DNA from: Eledone cirrhosa
Taxonomy: Eukaryota
Length of the DNA: 64,000 nt
Assembly: GCA_964016885.1 (NCBI GenBank)
Contig: OZ024743.1
Location: 355,136,001-355,200,000 of the forward strand
Reading direction: 5' to 3'
A model generated the notes under the pieces. That model ran no database searches. It saw nothing but the letters and a program-made list of their open reading frames with translations, and had not been told where the DNA came from. Made by a program: the position numbers and the translations under genes. Positions 11,975 to 23,277 of the stretch are shown one piece after another (within the stretch, counting starts at the first letter, position 1; the number at the start of each line of letters is the position of its first letter).

Positions 11975-14900
11975 TTGTTTTTTACATACACGGCATAAAG
12001 GGTTGCATCCATGTTTTATTATGTTGGCTTGGTAATTTTTTGTTGGCAGACACTGATCTTGTGCTGATATAATTAGTCCTTCAGTCCTTCAGTCTCCGAT
12101 TTCAGTCCAGAGGATGCCAACCACTGAAGGGTTAAAGTTTTGTCAACATCAGGATTGTTAGCTCTTTCTGGGTATTTTCAATACGGAGGCTTTTCTTGCC
12201 TTTTCCTAGCCAGTTTCTGTTGCAGTTCTTTCTTTGCAGTTACTTTTACATGCCTTACTTTTTCTGTGTTTTTCATTTCAGCAGTAAATGGGACTTTGAA
12301 ATTTGCAGTCCATTACTGTATCTTTGTACATCTTTTGTAATGGAGTATGATCTTTTGATGCTTTCGTGTTTCAAAACGAGTTTGATGATCCAATCATGTG
12401 ATTCCCTTAGATATGTAGATAATCCAATTGTTGCAGTTTTCAACGCAATATCTAACTGGATTAACCCACATCCTCCTTCTTTCCTAGGGAGATATATTCT
12501 ATCTGTATCTGCCTTAGAGTGATGCATTCCGTGCATGGTTAAGCATTTTCTAATTTTTGTATCGAGCCTACGGATCTCTGTGCTTGACCAGTTGATGACA
12601 TTGTAACTGTAGGTTACTACTGGTATGGCAAGCGTGTTTATGGCATCGATCCTATTCCTTGTATTCAATTCCGTTCTTAAGATTGCTCTTACTCTGCGGT
12701 AACATTCCTTCCTTATCCTTTCCCTCATTGTCGAGTGCTTGATACCGTCCCCTTCATAAACACATAGATATTTGTAAGTTTCCTCTTGATCAAGTTCTCT
12801 TTTCACATTCCCCCAATCAAGATTAATGTCTGAACTTTTCAGCAGCTTTCCTCTGGTGAACGTTGCTTTGGCGCATTTATCTAGTCCAAACTCGATTTTA
12901 ATGATATCAGTGAACTGCTTCAAAGTGGATAATAGCCCTTGCAATTGTTCATCGTTTTGTGCAAATAGTTTCAGGTCATCCATGTAGAACAAGTGATTAA
13001 TGGTTTTGTCATAGACTTTATATCCATGTTTTGTTTCATTGAGCATTTTACTTAATGGTATAAGTGCGATGTAGAGTAAAAGCGGTAATAAAGAGTCGTC
13101 CTGAAAAATTCCACAATTAATATTAACTTTTGCAGCTTCCAGTGATTTTTTTTATTATTATTCAAAAGGAGTGGCATTTTTCCATGTCCTCATACTGAAT
13201 GACAAGAACCTTCTGACAACGGGGGATATTTTGAAAATCTCTAAACAATTTTTCAATCCAACTGTGTGGCTAACTATCGAATGCTTTTTTGTAATCTATC
13301 CAAGCACTTGATAGATATTTGTGTCTATTATGACAGTCTTCCAGTATCATTTTGTTAACCAAAAGCTGATCTTTACAGCCATATGAGCCTCGTTTACACC
13401 CTTTCAGCTCATTGGGAAATAGGTCATTTGTTATCAGGTGGTCATATGTATATTCAGTTAGGACTGATGTTAACGTTTTATACATTGTGGTCAAGCAAGT
13501 TATCGGTCTCTAATTTTTGGGATTGTTTGTCTCATCATTCTTCGGAAGCAGGAATGTAATGCCGTTAACTAGCCATGATGGTATCTTTTCTGGCTCCTTA
13601 ACTATTTCATTGTAAAGTTGGGCTAACAGCTCATGAGACTCTGTGAAGTCATTTATCCAAAAATTTGGTATTTTGTCTTTTCCTGGGGATTTCCATTTGC
13701 TGGTTTTTCTAAGAGCCAAACTCAACTGTTCAACTGTTATATTTTACCATGTTTGTTCCTCAAGGTGAGCTGTCTCTTTCATTTGTCTGTCTATCCATGG
13801 GGCATATATATTATGAACTTTTTCTTAGGCCCAGAGCTTTTCCCAGATTTCTTGCACTTCCTCCTTGGTTGGTATTGATTTAGCAGTTATTGTTGACTTG
13901 CCAATTTTTTCTGTTTTTGAACATATTATTGTCCTCATAGAATCTAGATCGTTTTTCAAAGCGTCTTATACGAGCAGCTTTGTCCGACACTTTTTGCTTG
14001 ATTATTTCTATCAGCATGTCTATGTCACTTGTTGATTTTATCCTGTATTTTCTTTTCAATTTTCTAAGTTTAGTTTGTTTAACATGTTCACCTACTTTGT
14101 AGTTTGTTAAAATTTCTGTCAGATCGGAAAGGTTTATTTGGCCATTGATGTTCTCTTGCCAAGTAGGTTTCTTGTGGGAATACCTTTGCTTTTTCATTTT
14201 CACTCCACGTAAGTGAGTGGTGACTTTAGCCGATGCATAACAGAGATGATTTAGATCAGTAATGTTTAGTTTATTTGTGATATCTTGTGTATTATCTTTT
14301 AGTTATGTTTGGAGTTCTGGATCTTAGGGAGAGTGTCTCGTTCCCCCATGTCTGATTCTTTCATTTCCATCCATTCGATCATAATTCCATTCTTCAAGTT
14401 GGCAAGTTAATTCTCATTCATTTTTTTTATCATTTACGATCTCATTGTTTTCATTTTGAGTTTCATCTTGAGCATGCTCTCCCTCCATTTTTTCGATCCT
14501 TTCTTTAATTTGTTCTGCTGTCAGTGATTCCGCCCTAACCCTGGGATTCGAAGTCTTACAATTTACCTCGGTTAGAACTTTTTAAAACAATATTTCTTCG
14601 TATAAGGCTAGTTTGCTACTATCAATATAGCCTCTGTTTTCGAGAAGCTTCTTTTTACAGTTGATATATGTCTGTTCTGTATTCGATCTATTTGATGGGT
14701 AGTACATGGCAGTGTAGAAAGCCTCAAGGACTTCTTTATTGTCTTCCCTTGATCATTTTTCTCTCTTTTTCTTTGGATTTCTTGGTGGTGAGCAAGGAGT
14801 GCCAACAGTAGGAGTATTCCAGTTATGGGAGGTCTCCAGCTCCGAAGTGATGGGAAGGTTTGAACCATTAGCTGATTTTTCGACCCCAGTCTGGTTCCTC

Positions 14901-15181
14901 TCTGAGGGAAGCGGCCCATTTTGACCCGGGTGACGGCCGATCCGGTATGAGATTTTATCATTTGACATTGACTTTATTTTGTTGCCTTTTATCCTTAACA
15001 GCCTAGGGGTTATCATTTCGTGTTACCACTCCTAGGACGAGTGTCAACCAAGACTAGAGGGTCCCCCCTCCCTAGAGACACGGCTATTTCCCGCCGGCCG
15101 CCATCCAGGTATTTCTTGGTCACGGGGTTTTCTTTTTTTTTCTTTTTTAAATTGTTATCATCATGAGTGGTTCCTTAATGT
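11975..15181 (-). mobile_element. R4/Dong-clade RLE non-LTR retrotransposon, copy 1 (3'-truncated, decayed)
   Basis: ORF pieces KSPGKDKIPNFW, GCKRGSYGCKDQLLVN..WIDYKKAFDS, YMDDLKLFA, EFGLDKCAK, RIYLPRKEGGCGL; collinear with 30165-33482; stops, frameshifts and small deletions. Confidence 0.92.
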
Positions 15182-15391
15182 AGACAGAGGGTTTTTTTTC
15201 CAGTTATAAACATTTTCTTTTTTTAATATAACATTTATAATACAAAATTGAATATTTGAGCGATATAACAGGATATTATGGGTTCTCATTTCCTGAGGGC
15301 TTAGCGCTATGTCCCATTTGTACTAAGAATGGTTATATGGCAATTATTTTAAATATCTTAAAAATCAACAACTTACGGGAACGATTCCATA

Positions 15392-15677
15392 ACCCTGGTG
15401 GTCAAGTGGCCCTGTTCTTTTGTGTGGTTTTCGCCACGAGTAACCCTCAGAGGTTTCCCCTCTATTGGGGAATCTTTCATTGTTTCAATTTACATTTTTA
15501 TTGTTTATATATATATGTTTCTATGTCTTTATTTTCTTTTCTTATATAAATAATAAAAATATTTACACGCACAAATCCCACATCGTACCGTCCTGTACCG
15601 TCCTTAGCCGTCTGTAATGTTTTTCTTGATGTCAGACCTTGTGGCCAAATTAGAAATCATTATTATTATTATTATTT
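15392..15677 (+). mobile_element. Tx1-like LINE 3'UTR fragment with (ATT)n tail
   Basis: Near-identical to 38784-39076. Confidence 0.85.
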
Positions 15678-16014
15678 CTCTTCGGCCAATCCCTCATCAA
15701 CTTCTTCAAATTTCACCTGGAAAGGAAGGTGAGGGTGGAGAGAGAAGTGCTTCCCCCAGTACATTTGCTAAAAGGTGGGTGAATGTGGCGAGAATGGCTC
15801 GCCTATAGGCTAGCTAACTTGAGGAGAAGGGTCCTCTCCCTGGGTGCCCTAAAAGCGCAGGGTGGTTCAGGATTGATGGTTCATATTTATGCATAGTTTA
15901 TTTTATATTTTTATATCTTCATTGTTAAATTAGTCGTGCCATTGTGCACTTTTACTCGACCTTATTGTAAACCCCCCACTGTCCCTGTCTTTGTATTGTC
16001 CCCTACATGTCCTT
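15678..16014 (+). mobile_element. Tx1-like LINE 3' fragment (ORF2 C-terminus plus UTR, second subfamily)
   Basis: Encodes ..FAKRWVNVARMARL*, homologous to 38590-38749; UTR matches 17440-17665. Confidence 0.85.
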
Positions 16015-16116
16015 ACTGGGTCGATGAAATAAAGTACCAGTAATAGACTGAGTAATTGCTGGCCTTGTGCCAAAAGTAGAAACAATTATTATTATCATCA
16101 TTATTATTATTATTAC

Positions 16117-16150
<34 letters not shown>

Positions 16151-16798
16151 GTGGTGCTGGATTGGCAGTATCAGTAGAGCGTCGGACACCCTGCTTCGTG
16201 GTATAGAGTTACGGCCCTTTACGCTCTGAGTTCAAATCCCGCCAAGGTTACCTTTGCTTTTCATCCTTACGGGGTCGATAAAATAAAATACTAGTAATGC
16301 AGTGGTGTCGATTTAATCCACTTTCCCCCTGCCCCCTAATTGCTGGCTATGTGCCTAATGTAGAAACTATTATTATTATTATTATTGGTAGTATCAGTAG
16401 AGTGTTGGATGCCATGCTTTGCAGCACAGTTACGTCCCTTTACGGACTGAGTTCAAATCCCGCCGAGGTTAACTTTGCCTTTCATCCTTACGGGGTCGAT
16501 AAAATAAAGTAGCAGTCACTCACTAGGGTCGATTTAATCGTCTTTCCCCTCCCCCAAAATTGCTGGCCTTGTGCCTATATAAGAAATCATTATTATTAAG
16601 GGCGATTGATTGGCAGTATCGGTAGAGGGTCGGACGCCATGCTTTGCAGCAAAGAGTTACATCCCTTTATGATCTGAGTTCAAATCCCGCCGAAGTTAAC
16701 TTTGCTTTCATCGTTACGGGGTCGATAAAATAAAGTAAAAGTAATACACTGGGATAATTGATGGCCTTGTACCAAAAGTAGAAACAATTATTATTATT
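16015..16798 (+). mobile_element. Head-to-tail array of S1 SINEs (3' piece 16015-16085; copies ~16152-16367, ~16386-16588, ~16599-16787) joined by (ATT)n
   Basis: Three B-boxes GAGTTCAAATCCCGCC; each copy ends ..TAGAAAC/AAGAAATC followed by ATT repeats. Confidence 0.9.
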
Positions 16799-17700
16799 GG
16801 CTGTCAGTGTGTGAAGACGAGTTGTTGTCAGCTCTGCAAGGTAGTGAATTTTCAAAACTTTTCGTTCGTATAAATTGCTATATTCTTTTTGAAAAAGGGT
16901 CGTAAGACTTCTGTCTTTGTCATGTGAAGGATGGACTTTGTAATAGTTTGGCCTTTTGGCAATGGGTAACTTCCAGAAATCTTTTGCTTGGCATTGTTAC
17001 CAATGGTCACTGCCGGTTTGAGCGAAACTCTACGGGCACGGAACTGCTATCAGACGGACCTGCCAGAGATGCGCGCTGAGTGACGAAAGTTTTCTGTGTC
17101 CATACATTACTGAATTGTTGAGTTATGTCGAACATCTGTTGACGCGTGTAGGATGGATCCGGCTATCGGCCGAGTCCATAATGAAGATCGCTCCACCGCT
17201 TTCTTCTGTTTTGGTGGCAGTAAAAGGTTGTGTGGTGGTTCATGTTGAAAGGACAGAACACAAATACTTTTCTCTTCAGCCAATCCCTCATGAACATTTT
17301 CAAGTTTCACTTGAGAAGGAAGGTGAGAGTGTAGAGAGAAATGTTGCCCCCCCCCCCCTCCCCAGTACATTTACTAAAAGGTCGGTGAATGTGGTGAGAA
17401 AGGCCCGTGTGAACAGGGCCAGTTCGAGCATGCACCTGTAGGCTGATTAATTTGAGGAGGAGAGAGGTGCCCTTCCTGGATGTCCCCGAAGCGTCGAGTG
17501 GTTGATAATTGATGGGGTACCTGATTCGCCCCTGGGTGTTGCGCCCCCTATTAACGTATTTATTTTGTTATAATTTTATTGTTAATTGTTTTTGTTATTG
17601 TTTTTTTAGTCGATTTTATTACAAACACCCACTGTCCCTGTCTTTGTATTGTCCCCTATATGTCGGCCTTTGTGGCCAATAAATGAAACAATTAGTATCA
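16799..17700 (+). mobile_element. Tx1-like LINE 3' fragment (decayed)
   Basis: ORF 17115-17441 (LSYVEHLLTRVGWIRLSAESI..KRSVNVVRKARVN) is homologous to 38392-38749; ends CCTTTGTGGCCAATAAATGAAACAATT. Confidence 0.85.
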
Positions 17701-17705
17701 TCATT

Positions 17706-17938
17706 AGGGCGGTGGATTAACGGTGCAAGTAGAGCGTCGGAGACCGTGCCTCGCGGCATAGAGTTACGTCCCTTTACCTTCTGAATTCAAATCTCGCCGA
17801 GGATAACTTTGCCTTTCATTCTTAGGGGAGGGCGGAGCGATAAAATAAAGTACCAGTAATGCTCTGGTATCGATTTACTCCACTTCCACCTCCTCCAAAT
17901 TGCTGGCCTTATGCCTATATTAGAAATCATTATCATTA
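17706..17938 (+). mobile_element. S1 SINE (older copy)
   Basis: Same body and tail as 16152-16385. Confidence 0.85.
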
Positions 17939-18139
17939 TGGTTATTTAGAGATGGTAATGTATTTTAGTGTCTAATTTGACTGCGAAAAGCAGCGAAAAG
18001 CGGATAAAAGTAGCTTTGATAGAGTTGGGGGGAGTGGTTGTGGGAGGGACGAATTGTCTTGTTCTGAAAGGTTTGCACTAGGAACCTTACGCCTGCCTTC
18101 TTCCCAAACCTTAAGTAAAAATATATAACAACATGCATC

Positions 18140-18250
18140 AGATTAAGCTTTCCTGAAAAAAAGACGCAAAAGCTGGACACCAATGATAATTTTCAGACCA
18201 TAACTCTGCTGATGCATAACCTAAAAGTTTGGCCAAAATGTTAGCAAATG
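18140..18250 (+). mobile_element. Short Tx1-like RT remnant
   Basis: GATAATTTTCAGACCATAACTCTGCTG resembles DNFRPITLLN at ~37230. Confidence 0.45.
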
Positions 18251-18885
18251 ATGCTAAAGTTGTTTAGATATGATCAACTATACATAAAAAATAATCAAAA
18301 TATATTATATAAAAGTAGAAGTACCAAAAAACAAAAATAAAATCTCATTTTCACAACCAATTTATTAATATATTTATTAAATCTTTCCTACGAATATTTT
18401 TTTACAATAAATCTCTCACTACATATAAATTTAAGGAATTAATTGAAATTTCAAAAATGATTTAAGAAAATATCCAAAATAAAAGATTTAGAAAACGAAC
18501 GAAACCTATGAATTAAAACAGAAGAAAAGAATTAGAGGGAGGGAAAAAGACAGAGAGAGAGGGGGGAAAGAGAAAGAAAGAAAGAGGGAGAGAGAGAGAG
18601 AGCCAAAAAATAAGGCAATGAGTTAGAAATGCAAGAAAATTAGAAGAAAATGTATAAAAACGTATAAAAAGGGGTTGGTGGCGGGTAGTTGGAGTATCTT
18701 TATTCACAGATCTCTTTTATTAGAAGGTCGCTAATTAAAATATCTACTGTGTAACATGTCTCATGCAATACATATTTACATACAGACACATACACAAACA
18801 TACACACACATAAAAAACTCATATATATATATATATGTGTGTGTGTATATATATATATATATGTACATCTATATATGTGTGTGCG

Positions 18886-19101
18886 TGACGCCACGTAGCT
18901 GAGTAGTAAGAGTATTGAATTCGCAATCGTGCGCTTGTGGGTTCGATTCCTGGACCGGGCGATGTCTTTGTGGAAGAAAGACAGTTTATTTCATGTTGCT
19001 TCTTCTATCGGGAATTGCGACCGATGGGGAGTATTAGCAATTGGAAACACCATCGGAAACATTGTTTCCTTGGTCCGATTTGACGGAGGTCAATTGTCTG
19101 T
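18886..19101 (+). mobile_element. tRNA-derived CORE-type SINE (family S2)
   Basis: A-box TAGCTGAGTAG, B-box GGTTCGATTCC; homologous to the minus-strand copy at 63137-63356; flanked by (TA)/(TG) repeats. Confidence 0.85.
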
Positions 19102-19269
19102 CGATATATATATATATATATGTGTGTGTATATGTGCATTTGACATTTGTAAACGCAGGCATAGACATATATAAATACCCACATGCAATATATACATATA
19201 TACACGTATATCTGTAGCTATCTATCTACGAAGAGGCACACAAACAAACATACATACACATCATACAAT

Positions 19270-19400
19270 ATCAGCCAAGCTGGGGCACCACCATTTTGTA
19301 TATCTACCACGATAACTACCCTAATATGGATTATTTTTCTAGCCGAGTACTTATTTTATCGATTTCTTTTTGTCGAACCGCTAATTTACAGGACATAAAC
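19270..19400 (-). mobile_element. Degraded SINE 3' half with Meta-like motif
   Basis: GTACTTATTTTATCGA and GCCAAGCTGGGGCACCACC; the latter resembles 62997-63017. Confidence 0.45.
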
Positions 19401-19499
19401 ATAGATACGTGCACAAAAGTCAACATAGTTGCATGCACAGGCATATAATATAATATAATATAATATAATATAATATATAAAAATTAAGTATGCATACGT

Positions 19500-19595
<96 letters not shown>

Positions 19596-19732
19596 ACATA
19601 TATACATATGTACGTATGGGTTATATCGAACATTAATAATAATATTCGATTCGTTTGCAAGCAAACGGCCCGACAAAGCTGTGCTGTGCCGATGACCAAT
19701 CATCATCCGTTTGTTCAACAGCGCCATCGAGG

Positions 19733-19777
19733 AACAATCAACATATGTCTGGTTCATTACCCTTCATCAGGACTGTT
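19733..19777 (-). ncRNA. Degenerate Penelope-type hammerhead motif (probably inactive)
   Basis: Minus strand AACAGTC-CTGATGA-A-GG gtaatgaa CC-AG-ACATATGT-T-GATTGTT: 7-bp stem I, palindromic stem III, damaged GAAA. Confidence 0.55.
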
Positions 19778-20150
19778 TACCTCTCTGTCAATCTGTTGAA
19801 CGGTTGAAAATATATAGTATTTTCTGAAGTATACATCGGCTGATTAGCCTCATTTGCATACCGAGAGATTTACTTCTTAAACCTGCACGTGTTTTTTATT
19901 CCGCTAAATTTTTCTGCTCCTTCCCCTTCTCACTCTCCTATATCGTTTTATTTCTCATTCTACCTTCTGCTGAAGGACTAACGCCCAACATTTTAAAACT
20001 CTTTCACTACTATATTAAGCGTCAGACTAATATATATCTTCATTGTACTGTATTGCATGCTTTATAATATTCTTGTTTTACTTTTCACATACACACATAT
20101 ACGTGTATGTATGTATGAATGTATGTATGTATGCATGTACATATAATATG

Positions 20151-20641
20151 TCAGGTCGCTCTCGTGTGCTACTGGTAACATGTAACCCAGTACAACCTGT
20201 CTCATGGTCGGGTTGTCGGCGATTTAAACCGGCAAACCCCACCAAGCTTGCTTGGTGACGAGCATGATATTTGGACACCTTCCGGGATGAAATCCGAGAC
20301 TTGGCGAAGGGCGGAGGAACTCAGCAGAGTCAACGGCCATCCAATCAGTACTTTTTCTTTTCACCTGGGAGTTGTCACAGCACATTTCTAAGAGCGAGAA
20401 ACTCTGAAAGAAAACCTACCGCTTCGGTAACATCCGATGATGTTGTTCAGTTCTTCTTTTCGGGTAGTGTTTTCGATACTCAGAGAGTGGGATTGGTCTC
20501 TACTTAAAGAAAAGCTTCAAAGCACAGGCATTGCTTGTTCAGAATCTCTTACAGGTTCGTGTGGCTGGCTGTAGCCTAAAGGTACACCATTTTCTGTAAT
20601 CTGACAAGAGATTGCAGTACTCTTAGCAGAGTTTGCAGCGA
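20151..20641 (+). mobile_element. Non-autonomous bipartite RTE-derived element, type B
   Basis: Same 5' head as type A; 3' tail CTGACAAG..CTTAGCAGAGTTTGCAGC shared with 39620-39672 and 27500-27546. Confidence 0.85.
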
Positions 20642-20722
<81 letters not shown>

Positions 20723-21194
20723 AGGAACGGAGTCAGTGGTGCGACGAATAAGATTTATTTGACATATTACAATCGTTTCTCTGGCGACCAGCTCCAGATA
20801 CGATCGATGCAATGATCAAACCTGACTCTGAAATCGCAAGATTCTCAGATATGTCTCGATTCTACGAAGCAGAGTTTCCAAATGTCCGACAACAGGTAAA
20901 TAGATCTTATCTCTCTTAGTATTTGAAACAGAAAATCCTCTCTGACGATCAAGCAAGTTCTGGCAGAAATGAAGCATCTTAATTAATTCAGATGGAAAAT
21001 TCGTTAAGCCCTATGAATCTAGATGGCTTGACAAGAGTTTTTCCTCTGTGGTGATAATCCAGTAACGTTTCTTTATTTTAAAGTATTTTACTGACATCTT
21101 CCTTTTTGTCAATTCTGAGCCTTATTTGAGATATATTTATAAGCTACTCAGAAATATATTCTAAGTGATATTACTCATTGAAATGCAAAGTATA

Positions 21195-21234
21195 TTACTG
21201 ACTAATTTATATATATATATAAATTAGTCAGTAA
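21195..21234. repeat. Perfect 40-bp palindrome
   Basis: TTACTGACTAATTTATATAT|ATATATAAATTAGTCAGTAA. Confidence 0.9.
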
Positions 21235-21422
21235 ATGTGAGGAAAAACACAAACCCTCCATCTCAACTCTACTTTTGAAAAGCAGAAGAACTGCGAAACC
21301 GGTAAAGGAACCAAATAAATATATATATTTAAAAAAAAAATAAGACTCCAGTTGCATTTTCGATTTCATCTTTTTTTCTTTATACTTTCACTCGTGTAGG
21401 ACACCGGTTATTTTTAATTTTG

Positions 21423-21425
<3 letters not shown>
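21235..21425 (+). mobile_element. Solo terminal fragment of the MITE/foldback element at 23425-24351
   Basis: Matches 24193-24351 directly and 23425-23567 in reverse. Confidence 0.8.
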
Positions 21426-21507
<82 letters not shown>

Positions 21508-21525
21508 TGTATGTATGTATGTATG

Positions 21526-22061
21526 TCGGGTCACTCTTGAGTGCTACTGGTAACATGTAACCCAGTACGACCTGTCGCATGGTCGGGTCGTCGGCGACTA
21601 AACCGGCAACCCTACCAAGTTTACTTGGTGAGGAGGGTGATTTTGGACACCCTGCAGGACACAAAACAAAACCTGACAAAGGGCGGAAGAACTCATAAGA
21701 GTCAACGGCCATCCCAAAGTGTGTAAATATGTATATACACATGTACCGCGCGGTTAAACCACTGGGAGTGAAGGACCCCTAACATTTGTCAGGGCATTCT
21801 TCTAGGAGAAGGCAACTCAGGAAACTGGGATAACTCCGATATAAAACCTGCGGCTCAGTAGATACCGATGATGTTGATCTTTTCTTCTTTTCGAGTTATA
21901 GCTACTGTAGCTCAGAGAGTGGGATTGTGCACAATCTTTCCTCACTTTAAAATATATCTTCACGCACAGGCATTGCACGATAAAATTAATTAATAATTAT
22001 TAATAATGGTATACCGTGTAATGGCTGCCCCCTCGATAACGAGGGGGCAGCCATCATCATG
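21526..22061 (+). mobile_element. Non-autonomous bipartite RTE-derived element, type C (intact; internal TAA-rich stretch)
   Basis: Shared head; internal TAATAATTATTAATAAT at ~21991-22007; tail hairpin ATGGCTGCCCCCTCG-ATAA-CGAGGGGGCAGCCAT; (TATG)n on both sides. Confidence 0.85.
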
Positions 22062-22126
22062 TATGTATGTATGTATGGATATATGTATGTATGTATGTAT
22101 GTATGTATATGTATATACAGTGTGCG

Positions 22127-22330
22127 GACGGTATTTGAGGACAGATTTATGGTTTAAAACAAACGCTTATATAATAACAGAAAAAAACTGTATTCTTATA
22201 AAAATAACATAAACGTAAAGCTAAATTATCAATTTAATAATTTCATTCAATAAAACCACCATAAGCATCAATAGCAAGTAAATATTTTGCAAGCCTCATA
22301 GCAAGTAAATATTTTACTCCCTGCCTAACG
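22127..22330. mobile_element. Possible Tc1/mariner terminal fragment
   Basis: TA|CAGTGTGCGGAC start resembles a Tc1 TIR; no matching other end seen. Confidence 0.25.
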
Positions 22331-22472
22331 CATGTGGTCAAGCCGTTAAAATGACACACACGCAAAATCAGGTCGCTGATAATAGCTGTATATTATAAAC
22401 ATGTTGATATTGCCACTAAAATTAGCAGCATTATTCAACGTTTTGTTCTCTACATAAGGAGAAAAATTATAG

Positions 22473-22616
22473 AAGTGGATGAATACCTCAACAGGTACAA
22501 TGTACTTGTAGAAATATTCAAGTTGTTTATAATACTTGTGGTTCAATGGCCCACAAGTATTATAAACAACTTGAATATTTCTACAAGTACATTGTACCTG
22601 TTGAGGTATTCATCCA

Positions 22617-22619
<3 letters not shown>
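22473..22619. repeat. Perfect 69-bp inverted repeat with a 9-nt loop
   Basis: 22473-22541 is the exact reverse complement of 22551-22619. Confidence 0.95.
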
Positions 22620-22667
<48 letters not shown>

Positions 22668-22698
22668 GTTTGGAGTTAGAAGGCCAGAACAATGCAGG

Positions 22699-23277
22699 TA
22701 TGGATATAGAATATAAATACAAATGCAAATGATATTGCTGACAATTAGTCTTTTACCTTAAATATATTTGAATATCCTTAATTTTCGAGATAATATCTCT
22801 TCTTCGGAGGGAAGTAAAGGGGTTAATCCAGTGTTCTAATTAGCTTGCCAAGTCATGCTGACAGGAAATAATATAGAAATTCCATTCTTATTTCTAATGT
22901 CAAAGAGTGAAGGTTAGGTGGATAAAGGGTTGTCTCCCTTTAAAATGGTTTTGACATGTATGTCTAAGTGTGTGTGGGAGAATACGTGAAGGTGTAAGAA
23001 TGCGTGTGTGTGAGTGTGAGAGTATATGCTTATATGTAAATGTGGGGGCTAGATGCACTATCACGTTAAAACTGGTCTATTAGAAATAGAATGGAATTTC
23101 TATACTATTTCCTGTCAGCATGACTTGGCAAGCTACTTAGAATACTGGATTAACCCCTTTACTTCCCTCCGAAGGAGAGATATTATCTCGAAAATTAAGG
23201 ATATTCAAATAAATTTAAGGTAAAAGACTAATTGTCAGCAATATCTTTTGCATTTGTATATATATCCTATATCCATA
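22699..23277. mobile_element. ~200-bp inverted repeat pair (22699-22898 / 23079-23277), each arm with a minimal hammerhead-like motif; Penelope-like remnant
   Basis: Left arm, minus strand: CCT-CCGAAGA-A-GAGAT att ATCTC-GAAA-ATT-A-AGG (22776-22810); right arm 23166-23200 has CCGAAGG; flanked by (TA)n. Confidence 0.7.

Noticed and set aside
16015-16798. CRISPR-like or tRNA-gene array
   Set aside because: Units are ~200-bp SINEs with no cloverleaf and no unique spacers; the context is eukaryotic.
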